Shown: one piece after another, positions 27,305-41,385 of the stretch | Layout: the number at the start of each line of letters is the position of its first letter | How positions within the stretch are numbered: position 1 is the stretch's first letter | Notes under the pieces: model-generated | The model's database searches: none | The model's input: the letters and a program-made list of their open reading frames with translations, nothing else | Told to the model about the DNA's origin: nothing | DNA from: Octopus vulgaris | Taxonomy: Eukaryota | Reading direction: 5' to 3' | Assembly (NCBI GenBank): GCA_951406725.2 | Contig: OX597815.1 | Coordinates: 204,228,001 to 204,292,000 of the forward strand | Length of the DNA: 64,000 nt | Program-made: the position numbers and the translations under genes

Positions 27305-27419
27305 TTTCCTAATAAGCTTACCTTTCATAAATAGGATTGTTTTTTGTTTTTATTTTCTCTGCATCAATCCATCCAGTACATTAGCACCGACGCCAAACTC
27401 CGACAATGGCGTCCTATAG

Positions 27420-27830
27420 GCATCGCTGTCGTCTTCGTCATCTTCGTTATCGTCGTCGTCGTCGACGGCACGGTCATCATCAACGTTATATTCATCATCA
27501 TCACCATCATCATCCTCATCAGCAGCAGCAGCAGCAGCATCGTCGCCGTCATGGTGATCACTATCAGCATCATCATTATCACTGTCATTGTTGACGTAGT
27601 TGTCGTCACCGTCCTCGTCATTATCATCATCATCATCATTCACCACCATCATCATCATCATTCACCACCATCATCATCATCATCATCACCATCATCATCC
27701 TCATCATCCACCATCATCATCCTCATCATCCACCATCATCATCATCATCATCATCATCACCATCATCATCATCCTCATCATCATCATCATCCTCATCACC
27801 ATCATCACCATCACCATCATCATCCTCATC

Positions 27831-27862
<32 letters not shown>

Positions 27863-27902
27863 CACCATCATCATCATCCTCCTCACCATCATCATCATCA
27901 TC

Positions 27903-27934
<32 letters not shown>

Positions 27935-28063
27935 TCACCATCATCATCATCATCATCATCCACCATCATCATCCTCACCATCATTCACCATCATCCTCAT
28001 CATTCACCATCATCCTCATCATTCATCATCATCGTCATCATGATCGTCGTCGTCGTCGTCATC
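27420..28063. repeat. Long imperfect (CAT)n/(CGT)n trinucleotide tract
   Basis: Direct inspection; it produces the poly-H, poly-I, poly-M and poly-D ORFs. Confidence 0.95.
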
Positions 28064-28984
28064 TGACGCGGAAGTAAAATGCTAGCATCCTTGTCGTTTA
28101 TGACTAATTGATTAAAGAGTTTTCAACAGCTTTTGTCTAAATAGACAATGGTACACATATTGTTTAGGTACATTAAACGGGGTGGCAACAGCGGCGACGG
28201 TGCAGTGTGATGTGGTGTCGTTGGCAGGGGGGAAGTTGCAGAACTTGGAGCAGATTGGTTGATCTTGACAATGAGGATTGAGGTGATTGGTCTGTTTTGT
28301 GTTTTGTGATTGTGTTTTGGAGGGGTGATGGCGGTGGCGATGGTGGTGATTAAGAATATGATGGAAGTAGCTATGATCAAAGCATCCGCAAAGTATGGTG
28401 ATGGTGACGCTAGTGATAGTGGTGGTGGGGTTTACTGGAGACGATGCTGGTGGAGGTGATTGTAATTGTGGATATGATGGTAGTAGCTATGAGCAAAGGT
28501 GTGAAGGATGATGATGGTGGCGGTGGTGGTGGCGGTGGTGATTCCGGAAGGTGTTGTGGTGGCGGCCGGCCGGCGGTGTAAAGGTGACGATATTTGCGGT
28601 AGGGTTGCTGGGGTGTGGTAATGCTATGAGGGAATAAATGAGGTGAGAACCAGTGGACTTCTGGCAATAATTAGGCTTGTACAGGTGGTGATATTGGTAA
28701 ATACTTGTAGTTTACCTTAGCGATAAGGATAGTCATCATAGTTTGGGCGGTGGCGTTGGTAGTGATGATGAGAGGTGATGAGGGAATGATGGTAACGGTG
28801 GTGGTGGTGGTGGTGGTGGTGGTGGTGGTGGTGGTGGTGGTGGTGGTGGTGGTGGTGGTGGTGGCGGTGGGGGTTTGAACCGATTGGAGAAGGTGTCAGC
28901 TAGAATGTTTTTTATGGAATTTGTAACTATTCAAAAATACACCTTGAATTCCAGGAAATAATTGTCTTATACGTAGATATATAA

Positions 28985-29422
28985 AGGTGCGACCATGAGG
29001 TAGAGAATAGTAAGCCAGACATAGTGGTAATTGAGAAAGAAAGCAAACGATGCTGGATCATAGATATAGCATGCCCAGCAGACAACAAGGTATGCGATAA
29101 GGAAGAAAGAAGTCGATAGATATGACAGGTTAGCGTGGGAAGTTAAGCAGTTGTGGTCGATGAAAAAGATGGTGGTGGTACCAATAATTGTCGGAGCCCT
29201 GGGAACAGTGAGTAAAAATTTTAAGAAGTACATGGAACAAATAGGGGCTGCAATAAGGGTGGAGCACTTGTAGAAAACAGCACTACTTGCAACCGCTCGA
29301 ATACTCGGGATGTTGCTCGAAAAATAAGAGGAGTTACCTTAGCTAACTGGTAATGAACACCTGACACCGTAGCACACCTCCGGCGTTAGAAGCTGTACAA
29401 AGACAATAAATGATAATAATAA
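28985..29422 (+). mobile_element. R4/Dong-type non-LTR 3' fragment (restriction-like endonuclease)
   Basis: SKPDIVVIEK...WIIDIACP..., then VVVPIIVGALGTVSK...KTALLATARIL. Ends in a TAA-rich tail. Confidence 0.85.
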
Positions 29423-29945
29423 AGGTTTCAAATTTTAGCACAAGCCCAACAATTTCTTATGGGCCTCTCTATTTCTGAAGAAAGCTGGCACACTTCGGTG
29501 CACAAAATGTGTTGAGCTTTTGACCTCTCAGAAATGATTTTTCCTCTCCATTCATGTTTATAACAGAAACGAAGGGTGAATACATATAGTTTTTGTTCTT
29601 GACGGCGTGATATAGTTTAAATGAGTAGCTTTTTCTTTGTACATGTTAATATTTTGCATTTCAGGTTTTTGTTTTGTTTTCTCTGAACGAAATGTAATAT
29701 TTTGTAAACTTTCAGTTTTCTTATCGGAGGCGAGGTATGAAACGTTCATTGCCATTTCTTTTGTAATTAATATAACACGAGCCGTAATGTTTCTTTTTTC
29801 ACCCCCTGTAAGGGAAGAATCCGAGCTGTATGAACTTAACTGTATGTGAGATGTTTTGGTAAAAAAGCTATTTCATCAATTAAAATTCCCACTTCAAACA
29901 GAAATTTATAAAAACACGTCTATTTTGTCAACAGAGAAGAATGTA

Positions 29946-29985
<40 letters not shown>

Positions 29986-30202
29986 AGAGAGAGAGAGAGT
30001 TTGCCCGTCTTTGCATTTGTGCTCATCTCCCCACCGCATGAAAATTGATGTTGATTTGTTCAACTTTTTTTTGTTTGCTAATTCAGTAGTACGTACATAT
30101 ATATGAATATGTGTATGCGTGTTTGTATACACAATTATGTGTATATACATATAATATATGCATGCGCGCGCACACACTCACATACATACATATATATATA
30201 TA

Positions 30203-30264
<62 letters not shown>

Positions 30265-30265
<1 letters not shown>

Positions 30266-30552
30266 CGGGAGGGTTTACGAAAATAAACAAAAGACGAAGG
30301 CAGGTTTACGAAAATAGACGAAGGCAGGTTTACGAAATAAACAAAAGACGAAGGCAGGTTTACGAAAATAGACAAAAGACGAAGGCGGGTGGAGTACAAA
30401 GAAACAAATGTATTAGTATAGCGCTCAGGAATAGAAATAGAATAAGTCTTTTACGTTTCGAGCCTACGCTCTTCAACAGAAAGATACACAGAAAAGAAAC
30501 AAGGAGAGAAACAAGGAGAGAAAAAAATGCGTGTAGGAGCTAACGGTTCATT
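30265..30552 (-). mobile_element. Short PLE pseudo-LTR-like element with a hammerhead-like motif and an internal minisatellite
   Basis: Minus strand TTGAAGAGCGTAGGCTCGAAACGTAAAAGAC. Four 24-32 nt GGTTTACGAAA...GACGAAGGC units. TA tracts on both sides. Homologous to 39690-39895 and 54244-54410. Confidence 0.65.
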
Positions 30553-30757
30553 ATGTATATATATATATATATATATATCATCGTAGAATCCAGAAGTGAG
30601 AGAAAATAACATTTAATTCCGTGTCGATAAATTCGTTTCGTAATCCACTTTCGGTAACATCATCGACTCTAACGCGTAATTAAATATACACTATATATAT
30701 ACTTCATATATACATTATATACATATATGCACAAATAAAGAAATAATTGAAGAAAGA

Positions 30758-30804
<47 letters not shown>

Positions 30805-30815
<11 letters not shown>

Positions 30816-31660
30816 CCAAAGTGTACGTACGCCGCTATATTAATAAAATGCAAAAATGGGACAAGAACGCAAAACATCCAGACAGTTAGGTGATACAAAA
30901 AAAGGGAGAACGAAACATCCAGAGAGACGATACAAACAAAACAAAGACGGGTCATTCGGAGTTTTCCATCCTCAGTCGAGTTCCAGATTATCTTTGCAAT
31001 TTCGTCTGGTTATACTCGAGATTGCTCCAATCTGGCCAGCCCTGAGGAAAAATTAAGCTAAGAACAAGGGCGAGAAAAACAGGGAAATGTTATACAAATG
31101 CAATTAACAGGACATAACAACAGGTGTCTTTCGACTAAGGACGAATTAAATTAAGCTGGCGTGTGTGGAAGTAATGCCTTACGACAGGGACATAAGGTTT
31201 AATAGGCACGGGAATATAGATGTTGATTATATTGATTGCCTACCTGCAGCCTGTTTTTAATTTGGGGCCCCAGTCTGTCTCTGAGGATAGCTTCCTTAAT
31301 TCTTGAATTATCTAAATTTCTTTCATTGGCCTCAATTGTGACTGTTATGGATTAAAGAAAAATACCCTTCTAACAATTTTCCTAAATTTCCGAATTTCTC
31401 TCGGATTCGTGAATTATGAAATGGCTGTATCCATACAAAATTAAATCTTATACTGCCTCTGATTTCTCCTGGATTTTATGTTCATCGTTATTATGCACTC
31501 AACTCTCCTAATGTTTTAGGGATTTTCAGATGCGTTGTCATATCAGATGAATTTCTAAATTTAATTATTATATAACCTGATAACCGTTTCCCAGCGGGAG
31601 TGCTTACCGTGAGCTCCGCTTGATTCTCCGAATATATCTTTCCATTTTACTTGTTTAAAT
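30805..31660. mobile_element. Unclassified repeat-like insert between TA tracts, possibly PLE-derived
   Basis: Complex sequence bounded by (TA)n, with an internal short duplication (AAACATCCAGA...GATACAAA). No recognisable protein motif. Confidence 0.3.
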
Positions 31661-31672
31661 GTGTATGTATGT

Positions 31673-31739
<67 letters not shown>

Positions 31740-31819
31740 ATAATACAATAATTGTTTCTTGTCAGGAACAAAATGTTTAATAGGACTGCCATAGAAGTGC
31801 TCTATTAAAAGAGACAAAT

Positions 31820-32743
31820 ATATCAAACTAAAGTTATTGAACAAACAAATGCAAGGTCATCCGCATATCATTTCATAATTCGAACATTTAATCATAGAAT
31901 ATACATATAAACATCCCGCAAGATGGAACATAATTCATCTGTACAAGCATACAAGCATATAATAAGGTGCGACAAAAAATTTTTTTTCATCACAGTTTGG
32001 AGTTAATACAGTGATTCACAAAAATACATTTTTAAAAAAAAAAACCTAGAAAGCAAAAATATAATATAAAGTAATATATAAAAATATATAGGTATATAAA
32101 AATATATAAAATATATATATATACATACATATATATAATAGAAATATTAAAAATTACTAAGCTAAACGATGAACTTTATTTTATTTACATGATATATATT
32201 ATATATTTTTTATATGTCCTATATGTATATATTTATTTTATATTATATACCTATATATTTTTATATATTACTTTATATTATATTTTTACTTTCTAGGTTT
32301 TTTTTTAAAAATGTATATCCAAACTGTGATGTGTTTTATATATTTTTATATGTGTGTCTGTTTTCTCGTATATATTTTTATATAGCCCAATTACATAATT
32401 TATATTATAGTTCCCCCAGTTCTGAAAAAATTTTACTTTCGAAAATCAGAAACCCAAACCACAGACCGTCTAGGGGACGCAACTTTTTTAACTCTCAAAA
32501 AAAATTTACCATCATTTTTTCCCCATTTTATGTATTTTTGTGAATCGCTAAAGTATTAACTCCAAACTGTGATGAAAAAAAAAATTTTTGTCGCACCTTA
32601 TTATTATTATATCCTTGTATGCTTGTACAGATGAATTATGTTCCATCTTGCGGGATGTTTATATGTATATTCTATGATTAAATGTTCGAATTATGAAATG
32701 ATATGCGGATGACCTTGCATTTGTTTGTTCAATAACTTTAGTT

Positions 32744-32748
<5 letters not shown>
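31820..32748. mobile_element. Fold-back/MITE-like element with ~210-bp near-perfect arms and a nested inner inverted repeat
   Basis: Outer arms 31820-32029 and 32530-32748. Inner arms about 32023-32120 and 32226-32318. The segment 32415-32530 resembles Helitron internal sequence. Confidence 0.85.
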
Positions 32749-32787
<39 letters not shown>

Positions 32788-33919
32788 GTATGTGTGCGTC
32801 TGAAATGACTTGCCAAAATGGGATGATTTACAGAACTCAATACGCGTAATTAGAATGTTATTTAATAACCTTTTACTGAATTACATAAAAATAAAAGTAC
32901 TCAGAATTTTGTGTCACCACTCTTCTTGTTGACAATCCGTGCCTCTTGGGTCTTAAATCATAGGATATTTAGATATATTTTCATTTATAAAAGCATGTCA
33001 GGAAAAGCTTTTCTTAATATCGTTTTTAATAATATTCATGTTAGCGATATTATACAAAAACGTTTGTTTTGAGATTGCTTTTATTATTTCCTTTCTGGCT
33101 TTCCTAACAATACAAAATATGTACGACTTCACGGGGGGTTTTTTTTTGGGGGGGGGGGGCAACTATTCATTTAGAATCTAACCTAATACAAGGCAGGTTA
33201 CTCTAAAACCATTTAAAACCATTTTCCTATAAAGTTCCGTTGCTATTTAACATTTTGCTTTCAAAGCACTCATACGAAGAGAATTGTAACATCGAAATAT
33301 ATTTTCATTCGCTGAACCAGGTCGAAAATGAAAGAGGTTAGTTTTTACGCAAAAGATGGTTCATTGTGTGAATACAAGGCACCAACGTCTCTGCTCTTTG
33401 GTTCAAACCATTCTATTGTGAGATAAAACTTCACACTCTATCGGTAAAATGTCACATCGCATTTTGAAATTACTCTTGTTATTTCTTGTCACAGCAAGGT
33501 ACATTATTTCATAACTAGGTTACCCATTACTTTATGTGAAAATTTTTCATAATTTGGACTAATTTTCTTTTTTCATTCCTTTGCAGTTCACTAAAAATAA
33601 TGATTGATGTTTCTTTTATTTTTCTCACTTGTTTCGAGAGAAAAGGCAGTTATTTTGAATAGTTTCTTATGTTAAACCGACGTTCAAACAAGCATGATCT
33701 CGAAACACGTCCGCAACAAAGGCAAAAGTCCAAACGTTTTGTACATAAAATACACAAGAATAAAATTGATGAATGAAATGATAATTCTAAGCTTTTGGTA
33801 TAAATGTCTGTGCTGATTATAAAATTGATACCTTGCTTAATGTATACACATAAAATTAATCTTTGCTAGAATGAACAGGCGTGACTAACTGAGACTATAT
33901 CTATTATACAGTCATTTTC

Positions 33920-35600
33920 TCTTAATCTACCTCTGGGTCTCATGCAGCTCAGCTCGGCTCGGCTTGAATGTCTGGCGATTCTTCCCTGCAGCATTCAAAT
34001 CACATGTGGATAGGCCGAAACAGAGAACTTTCAGTATGGAGAAGTAGTGCCCCGATCTGGAAAGGCCCATCGATCATTGAGTTATGTACCCTGTCGAGTA
34101 ACGCTACTTCTGAGACCCGGAACTACGTTTTGGCTGCTTGTATTCGCAATCGTACTCATTTGGTTACTGCCCAACATCCATGACTGCCGGTGGGGATAGG
34201 CACAAAAACCGAATTGAAGATAGCAAGTTTGTCTGCCTTACCAACCTCTCCTGTGATGATGATCGAATGCTGAAGCTGACACGTAACTGTACCAACACCT
34301 GCAATTCTGTCATCCAATTCGGGCTTCTGCTTTCCATCACTCATAAGTACGGTTCCGAGGTAAATGCCTTATTGATGTTCAACCCATTTAGTGCATGTCG
34401 AGGTACCTTTCTGAGGAGGCAAGTAGCATTATGTTGTCTGCAAATATCAGTCGACCAATCCTACACCCACAGATTGTAAGATCACTTCTACAACGTCTGC
34501 TCATGTCAGTTCAGTTCATAAAATTATGAAAAGGAGAAGAGACAATTCGCAACCCTGTCGTTTGCTTTCAAGAAAGAGAATAAGAAAGTCAATTACTGAA
34601 CAATCGACAAAAACTGAGTAGCTTCTTTCATGTTCACAAAGGAACAATTAGAATGGATTTCGCTGACGTGTGAAGCATTCTCTTGTGCATCGGTCCAGGA
34701 AAGTTTGCTGAATCGTTGACCTCAGTTTTAATTCTGTGAATAGGGCAGTTAAAGGTCGAGTTCTAACGTCACGCACATACCCATACACTGGAGTCGGAAT
34801 ATTTAGGTCGATGAAATACAACGGCCAAAGATATTGACAACGACGTCGGACATTGGATCGTCGTCATCTTTGAGGTATAAACATGTGATGAACGCCCGAA
34901 TTTGCTATGCGTAACATGTGGTTGAATGGCTATAGAAGTCTTAATGAACTTCAAAGAGCACAGGGCCATTTCTGGTGGGTTGAGCCATCGAGGTACAGAG
35001 GATGTCATGAGACTGATAGTACAGTACAACAAGCTTCGTTACTATAAACATGGTAACAAAAATCATTTCAGATCTTTCTGTTTCAAAGTGGCAATTAGAG
35101 AAATTGAAATGTCAGCAAGTCGCAGAATAGTACAGTTGTTCACTAAGCACTGCCTGTTAAAGTTCCGGAATCACCGAAAGAGAATGACCCATTATAACTT
35201 CCAAAAGCTGACCGAGAGGCCGAAATAATTTTTCCTCGCAATATCCAGCGGTGAAAGTGAGAGAGAGGAGGAGAAGGGTTGGAAACGACTATGGTTTCCT
35301 GCACTGGCTCACCAGTGGGTCACATTTCCGCAGATAGCGAAGAAAGTCAGTTATGCTCGGCCCTGTAAACCAGAAGCTAACTTCATGTTCCACATCTCCC
35401 TAGCATAACTTGTAGTACTTCACCATCGCCAGAAGATAATTAAAATACCTTGGTAGCTGGAAAAATTCCAAACCGTTGGAGAGAGTACGAAAGGAAAATT
35501 AGGGAAAAACTTCAAAAAAGAAGACCGAAACTGCGGGAGATTACCAGAGGGGATTAAGACGAGCGCTTTCCCAAGACGATGACGCTGCAGACAACGTGAG
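33920..35600 (-). mobile_element. Highly decayed LINE-like sequence, unclassified
   Basis: GC-elevated complex sequence with short broken ORFs. No diagnostic motif was read with confidence. Confidence 0.3.
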
Positions 35601-36072
35601 ATTCACAGTCCTTCGAAAGATGAACTAGTGTCTCTTAAATAGGAGAGATTGAATGCAGTGGATATTATCTTGATGTGTTAATCACAGTATACCAAATATT
35701 GAAATACAGCTGAACTTCAGCGAACAGACTTTCAGTAAACAAAGACACAATTTCATCATTTGCTGAAGCGGACATAACGAGAGGATGTCGGTGGTTTCTT
35801 GTCTCATCCCACGTAGAATCTATTGACAGAATATTTAGGTGTACCAGTCACCAGTATAAATCATGATCGGGAGGAAAAGGCGTGGGCGTGATAACTCAAC
35901 CTAAACCGAAGGTTTCCCATTCTTTTGTGCGTGGGTGACTCTAAATTATATTTCGTGTGTATATACGTTTGTATATACGTTTTAGATAATCTCATACTTT
36001 ATTTCTTGTGTATTTTCTGTTCAAGAATTTTGTGTATTATATGACTATTCTTATATACATTATTAAGTGTAT

Positions 36073-36385
36073 TAAAATAATAATATAATGAAATTATTGT
36101 ATACAGTGCTCAGGTGCACCACAACTTGTCAGAAAGTGCATATAAAGTACATGCAGTAATGTAGAAATGTCTGGAAAGCGAACAAGGTATGAGTCAGATA
36201 CATGCTTGTGTGTGTATGGAGGGGAGAAAATCAAGTGTAGTGTTGGCGAATCTCAGGAAGCATGGAAGTTTTGAAGGATGCAGTGCTCCGACAACTAACA
36301 ACTGATGCCGACAGTTTGTTCCATGCTTCAGCAACTCTCAGCGTGAAAAAATGTTTCCTGAAGTCATGGGAGCTGTGCTGTTTTC
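36073..36385 (-). mobile_element. CR1 LINE 3' fragment
   Basis: HDFRKHFFTLRVAEAWNKLSASVV...SFK. TSD TTAAGTGTAT at 36063-36072 and 36386-36395. Confidence 0.88.
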
Positions 36386-38079
36386 TTAAGTGTATAACAT
36401 CCCTAAACTATTCTTTCATCTTTATACATACCTTCTTTGCTTTATCTCTAAGTTTCTGTGAAAATTCCTGCCAGACCCAGTGTATCAAGGATCGCATTGT
36501 TAAAACTGTCCATCATTGAGAAAGGAGAGAGTGTTTTCATGAATATTTTCAGTTATTTCTAGCAGGTCTTGAATCACAGAGCAATTCTTGCTTTGATGAT
36601 GGTGCGATTAATGGTGTTGGCTATGGTGTTGGTAATAGTGACAGTTACAATTGTAGCAACAGTACGAGTTGTTGTAATACTAATGATAGTGCCTGTGAAA
36701 TGCTATAAGCCTCACCATCACTTACGTCTAATCCATTGTCGTCTTCAACATCGTGAGGACACTGATGAGGTTATTGCTATTGGTTGTGTTGTTGTTGTGG
36801 CTATTGTTGTTGGTGGTGGTGGTGGTAGAAGGGGAGCTGGTGATGGTGATAGTGGTGTTTGTAGTTGTGGTGGTAGTACTAGTGCTTACATCAGTGGTGG
36901 CATCGCCTGAAGCCTTGGTTTTTGGAGCTTGTTCGGTGTTGTGATGATGATGATAGTGGTTCAGAATAGTAGACAAGATGGTTACATCGATAGTGATCGT
37001 TAGGCGAGCGTGTAATCAAGTTACTGAGATAAATAGCTGAGAATAAGAATGATAAGGGATTTGGAAAAAAATCAGCAGTGATTTGTCCATGCGTATATAC
37101 GAGTACGTGCGCGCGTGCGGTGTGTGTGTGAGAGAGAGAGATAGAGGGAGTGAATGAGAGAGAACGTGTGAGAAAGAGAGAATGTTTCTGTATATATATA
37201 TATGTGTGTGTGCGAGTGTGTGTAGGTGAATGTTATTGGTATTAGTTGTGTGTTTTATTTATTCGTTGACTGTGTGATATTAGTTATAGCCAGTTTTTTT
37301 TTAATGTTATCTTTACAGGATGTGTCTTAATTTAAATTGGCGTTTAAATCGAATTGCATTCTAATTATTTATTTATTTAGAAATGTTTCCTAATTTCAAC
37401 AATCAATAAACAAATAAAATAAATATATACTACTTTTCCGACCACAATTAATCAATAAAAAGCAAATTGTTAAATATTATTTATTTATCTCATGCACAAA
37501 TGCAATAAAATTTGCCTCTGTTTGATTTTTACTAGATTTCTCTTAATTAAAATTATTCATCCATCAATGGGTGACCATACCAATTAACTTTTGTTCCAGA
37601 AATGTTAGTGAATTTTGCTAGGTGAGATGAATCATTTCCTAAACTAAAACCTTCAATGAAATATCAGTAAAAAGTTTAGATTCGCGTCCAATGACAGCAA
37701 GTCAATAATTTGTCTCGGTGTTAACTTATTTTCTATAGTGTTAAGCTTATTACACTATCTGTGTTTGCACTTAGCTATTGTGTTTCATGTGTAAGGTATG
37801 CCTACATTACTTCCCTTAGTCGTCACAGCAACATAATGACAATTCTTGTAGATCTCTATAATGATTTGCAATCACTAGATTTCTTGAACAACGGAAAGAC
37901 GCTTAGCTGAGATCTCGAGGACCACCGTCGTTTAAGGTTAATTATGCATTTGCATGCGTATGTGTAAATCTGGGCAAAACTATTTGAAGGCTGTTGGTTA
38001 TCTATGCATGCGAATCTTCTCTTTCCTCGTCGTCCATGAGTATCCAAGAGCCAGTCCGCCGACAGGACCCGGCACAGTA

Positions 38080-38275
38080 TAGGACAAACAAGGACTGATA
38101 ACGGATTAAGTCGATTATATCGATCCCAGTGCGTAACTGGTACTTAATTTATCGACCCCGAAAGGATGAAAGGCAGAGTCGACCTCGGCGGAATTTGAAC
38201 TCACAACGTAACGGCAGACGAAATACCGCTAAGCATTTCGCCCGGCGTGCTAACGTTTCTGCCAGCTCGTCGCCT
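38080..38275 (-). mobile_element. SINE family C
   Basis: Head, GCCTTTCATCCTTTCGGGGTCGATAAATTAAGTACCAG core, and partial GTCCTTGTTTGTCC tail. Confidence 0.88.
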
Positions 38276-38318
38276 AAATCATTACTAACAATATATTAAG
38301 CCTAATTCCTCGGCGTTT

Positions 38319-38361
<43 letters not shown>

Positions 38362-38935
38362 TCTCTCTCTCTCTCCTTCTCTCTCTCTCTCCTTCTCTCT
38401 CTCTCTCTCTCTGCCTCTTTCTCTTCTCTCTTTCTATCCTCTCCGTCTCTCTCATGCTTTCTCTTTCTCCTTCTCTCTCTCTCTCTCTCTCTCTCTCTAA
38501 CTGTTGCCATCTGCTCAAAAGTAATGGTTGTTAACCCTTCCGCATCCCTCGCTGCCTTACTGTCTAGCTATCTGGTTAAGAATACAGTTAAGAATAACAG
38601 CTGATCCCAAAATGAGGTCATTTCCTGTTGTGAGCGTAACATTCGAACACATGTCGTGACAAGCAGAATAATGTTCTTGATCCTCGAGCTAATGTTTTCA
38701 TTTCCTCGCCGCCGCCTACTTAATTCAAATCTTAATCAAGTAAAATTTACCATTTCCTTTGATCAGATTGTATTAGAATTAGGCATTAAACCAAATTTTT
38801 ACTCTTATACAATCTAAAGATAATTTTGGCTAATTAAAATTTGCTTTTTCACTACATTAACATGTTAGTGTCAACTTAAATATTGTGTTTATAGAGTTGG
38901 TGTCCCTGCGTAAATTCCTTCAGTCATTACATAAT

Positions 38936-39324
38936 TTTTGAAGCACTCCGTCGGTTACGACGACGAGGGTTCCGGTTGATCCGAATCAACGGAACAGCCT
39001 GCTCGTGAAATTAACGTGTAAGTAGCTGAGCACTCCACAGACACGTGCACCCTTAACGTAGTTCTCGGGGATATTCAGCGTGACACAGAGAGTGACAAGG
39101 CCGGCCCTTTGAAATACAGATACAACAGAAACAGGAAGTAAGAGTGAGAGAAAGTTGTGGTGAAAGAGTACAGCAGGGATCACCACCATCCCCTGCCGGA
39201 GCCTCGTGGAGCCTTTTAGGTGTTTTCGCTCAATAAACACTCACAATGCCCAGTCTGGGAATCGAAACCGCGATCCTATGACCGCGAGTCCGCTGCCCTA
39301 ACCACTGGGCCATTGCGCCTCAAC
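38936..39324 (-). mobile_element. SINE family B, full length
   Basis: Reverse match to 23809-24199. TSD CATTACATAAT at 38925-38935 and 39325-39335. Confidence 0.93.
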
Positions 39325-39689
39325 CATTACATAATAGTTTATCTGTGCAGTCGAAAAAAGATAATTCGACAATTTACCTATCATTCGACAGTAACTGATA
39401 TTATAACTATTGATTTCTAACATTTGTGCCAGGCCGAACACTTGGGGTTAATATTAATATATTTATTCGTTTGCTATTCATTTCCACACACTATTATCTG
39501 CTCACCCACACACTATCATCCACACACATTACTGTCGCACACACTTACACACCCACAGACGTCAAAGTCACTAGCCCCTATCCACACACATACACATTCT
39601 CACATACACACACGCACGCGCACCTTCGTCTTGAGATCACCAATACTTAATTATCTCCCCTTCTTTCTACCTCTCCTGTCAAACCTTTT

Positions 39690-39895
39690 TTATTTTCAAA
39701 CCAGTCGCTAAATCCATAAGTTTTTTTATCCTCTCTGTTTTTATTTTCTCTTATTCCTCTCTCTGCTGAAGAGCGTAGGCTCGAAACGTAAAAGACTTTC
39801 GCACTTTCTCGAGCGAAATATACCTTGTTCATATACCTTCTTCTTGTTCATACACCTGTCTTCGTCTTTTGTTTTTTCTGCAAATTTCAACAATA
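39690..39895 (+). mobile_element. Short PLE pseudo-LTR-like element with an intact minimal hammerhead core
   Basis: CTGAAGA (39766-39772), GCGTAGGCTC, GAAAC, GTA (to 39790). Homologous to 30265-30552. Confidence 0.65.
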
Positions 39896-39988
39896 TATAT
39901 AAATATATGTATTTATGCATGCATGCATGTATGTATTTATGCATGCATGTATGTATGTATGTATATATAGCTGGTTTTTATATATATA

Positions 39989-40302
39989 CTAGCAGTATCG
40001 CCCGGCGTTGCTCGGGTTTGTAAGGAAAATAACAATAAAGCATTTTTAGAGAGTTATAGCCAAAAAATAGCAAAAAAATGGAAAAAAATGATCGTAAATT
40101 TTTTTTTGAGAGTAAAAAAAGGTTGAGTTGCGTCCCCTAGACAGTCTGTGGTTTGTTTTTTTATTCTCGACCCCATGTCGAATTTATCGATTTTTTCAGA
40201 ACTGGGGGAACTTTTCAAAATTTTCGCTGCGTTAGTTTTGAATTATGACATTGGGCCATGTGTGTGTCAAGTTTATATAGCTGGTTTTTATATATATATA
40301 GA
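39989..40302 (-). mobile_element. Non-autonomous Helitron, related subfamily
   Basis: Same 3' hairpin and CTAG end on the minus strand. 5' TCTATATATATATAAAA at 40302. Confidence 0.85.
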
Positions 40303-40314
40303 TAGATAGTTAGT

Positions 40315-40380
<66 letters not shown>

Positions 40381-41154
40381 TGACTTGAAAATCCGCTTTT
40401 GTTCTCTACAGTTAATTGATGTACTGCCATTGAGAACGATCGGCTGAAATAACTAGGAACTTATTTAAGGACTTCTCAATCGTATCTCTATTTTTAAGCG
40501 AGGTCTCAAAGGATCTCTTATATTTCCGACGATAAGAGATCGGAACTGAGCTCCAAATGCACAACGCAGAAAGAGATGCCACAAGATATTTTATGTTGTG
40601 AAATATCATTCCGTCAATCTGTTACGCTTGACTGATACTTTATTTATCGACCTCGATATGATGAATGGCAAAGCTGACCTAAGCAGGACTGAACTGGCAC
40701 AAATGCCATTAGACATATTATCCAACGCCCTAATGACTTTTCCAATTCAGTGCAATACATAATATATTGCTGATTAGTATATCATTATTTAGTATATTAC
40801 TGGTTGGTATATTATTAGTTAGTATATTACTGATTAGTATACTGTGCTTCAGGATATGACTTGAAGTTATGATATCTGCCCCAAGTGCATACAAAGAAAA
40901 GATTATTCTAGAGTGATTTGAACTTGAAACTTAAAAGAACGTTGTAAATATCACAGCTTTAAGTATTACCATAGTTACTAATTTATTTTTATGCACAAGT
41001 TTTTGAGTTTCTCAAAAGCAAATTAAGCTTTTTTTAAAAAAAAATTCGTAGTAACGTAAATGGAATGGCTTCACCAGAATTGAAATCGGAAAGTAATCAT
41101 GGCTCCGGTTTAACAGGTAACATATTTTACCACTATTATTTGGATTTGTTTATA

Positions 41155-41385
41155 TGGCGGCGAGCTGGCAGAATCGTTAGCACGCCGGGCGAAATACGTA
41201 GCCGTATTTCGTCTGCCGTTGCGTTCTGAGTTCAAATTCCGCCGAGGTCGACTTTGCCTTTCATCCTTTCGAGGTCGATAAATTAAGTATAAGTTACGCA
41301 CTGTAATCGACATAATCCGTCTGTCCGTCTGTCTGTCCTTGTTTGTTCCCTCTATGTTTAGCCCCTTGTGGGTAGTAAAGAAACA
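41155..41385 (+). mobile_element. SINE family C, full length with Tx1-type tail
   Basis: GGCGGCGAGCTGGCAGAATCG...GAGTTCAAATTCC, Meta-like core, then GTCTGTCCTTGTTTGTTCCCTCTATGTTTAGCCCCTTGTGGGTAGTAAAGAAAC. Confidence 0.9.

Noticed and set aside
27344-28066. 240-aa His-rich ORF with an apparent transmembrane segment
   Set aside because: It is a (CAT)n tract open in several frames on both strands, with no unique domain.
30270-30390. CRISPR-like repeats
   Set aside because: These are tandem units without unique spacers, in a eukaryotic context with no cas genes.
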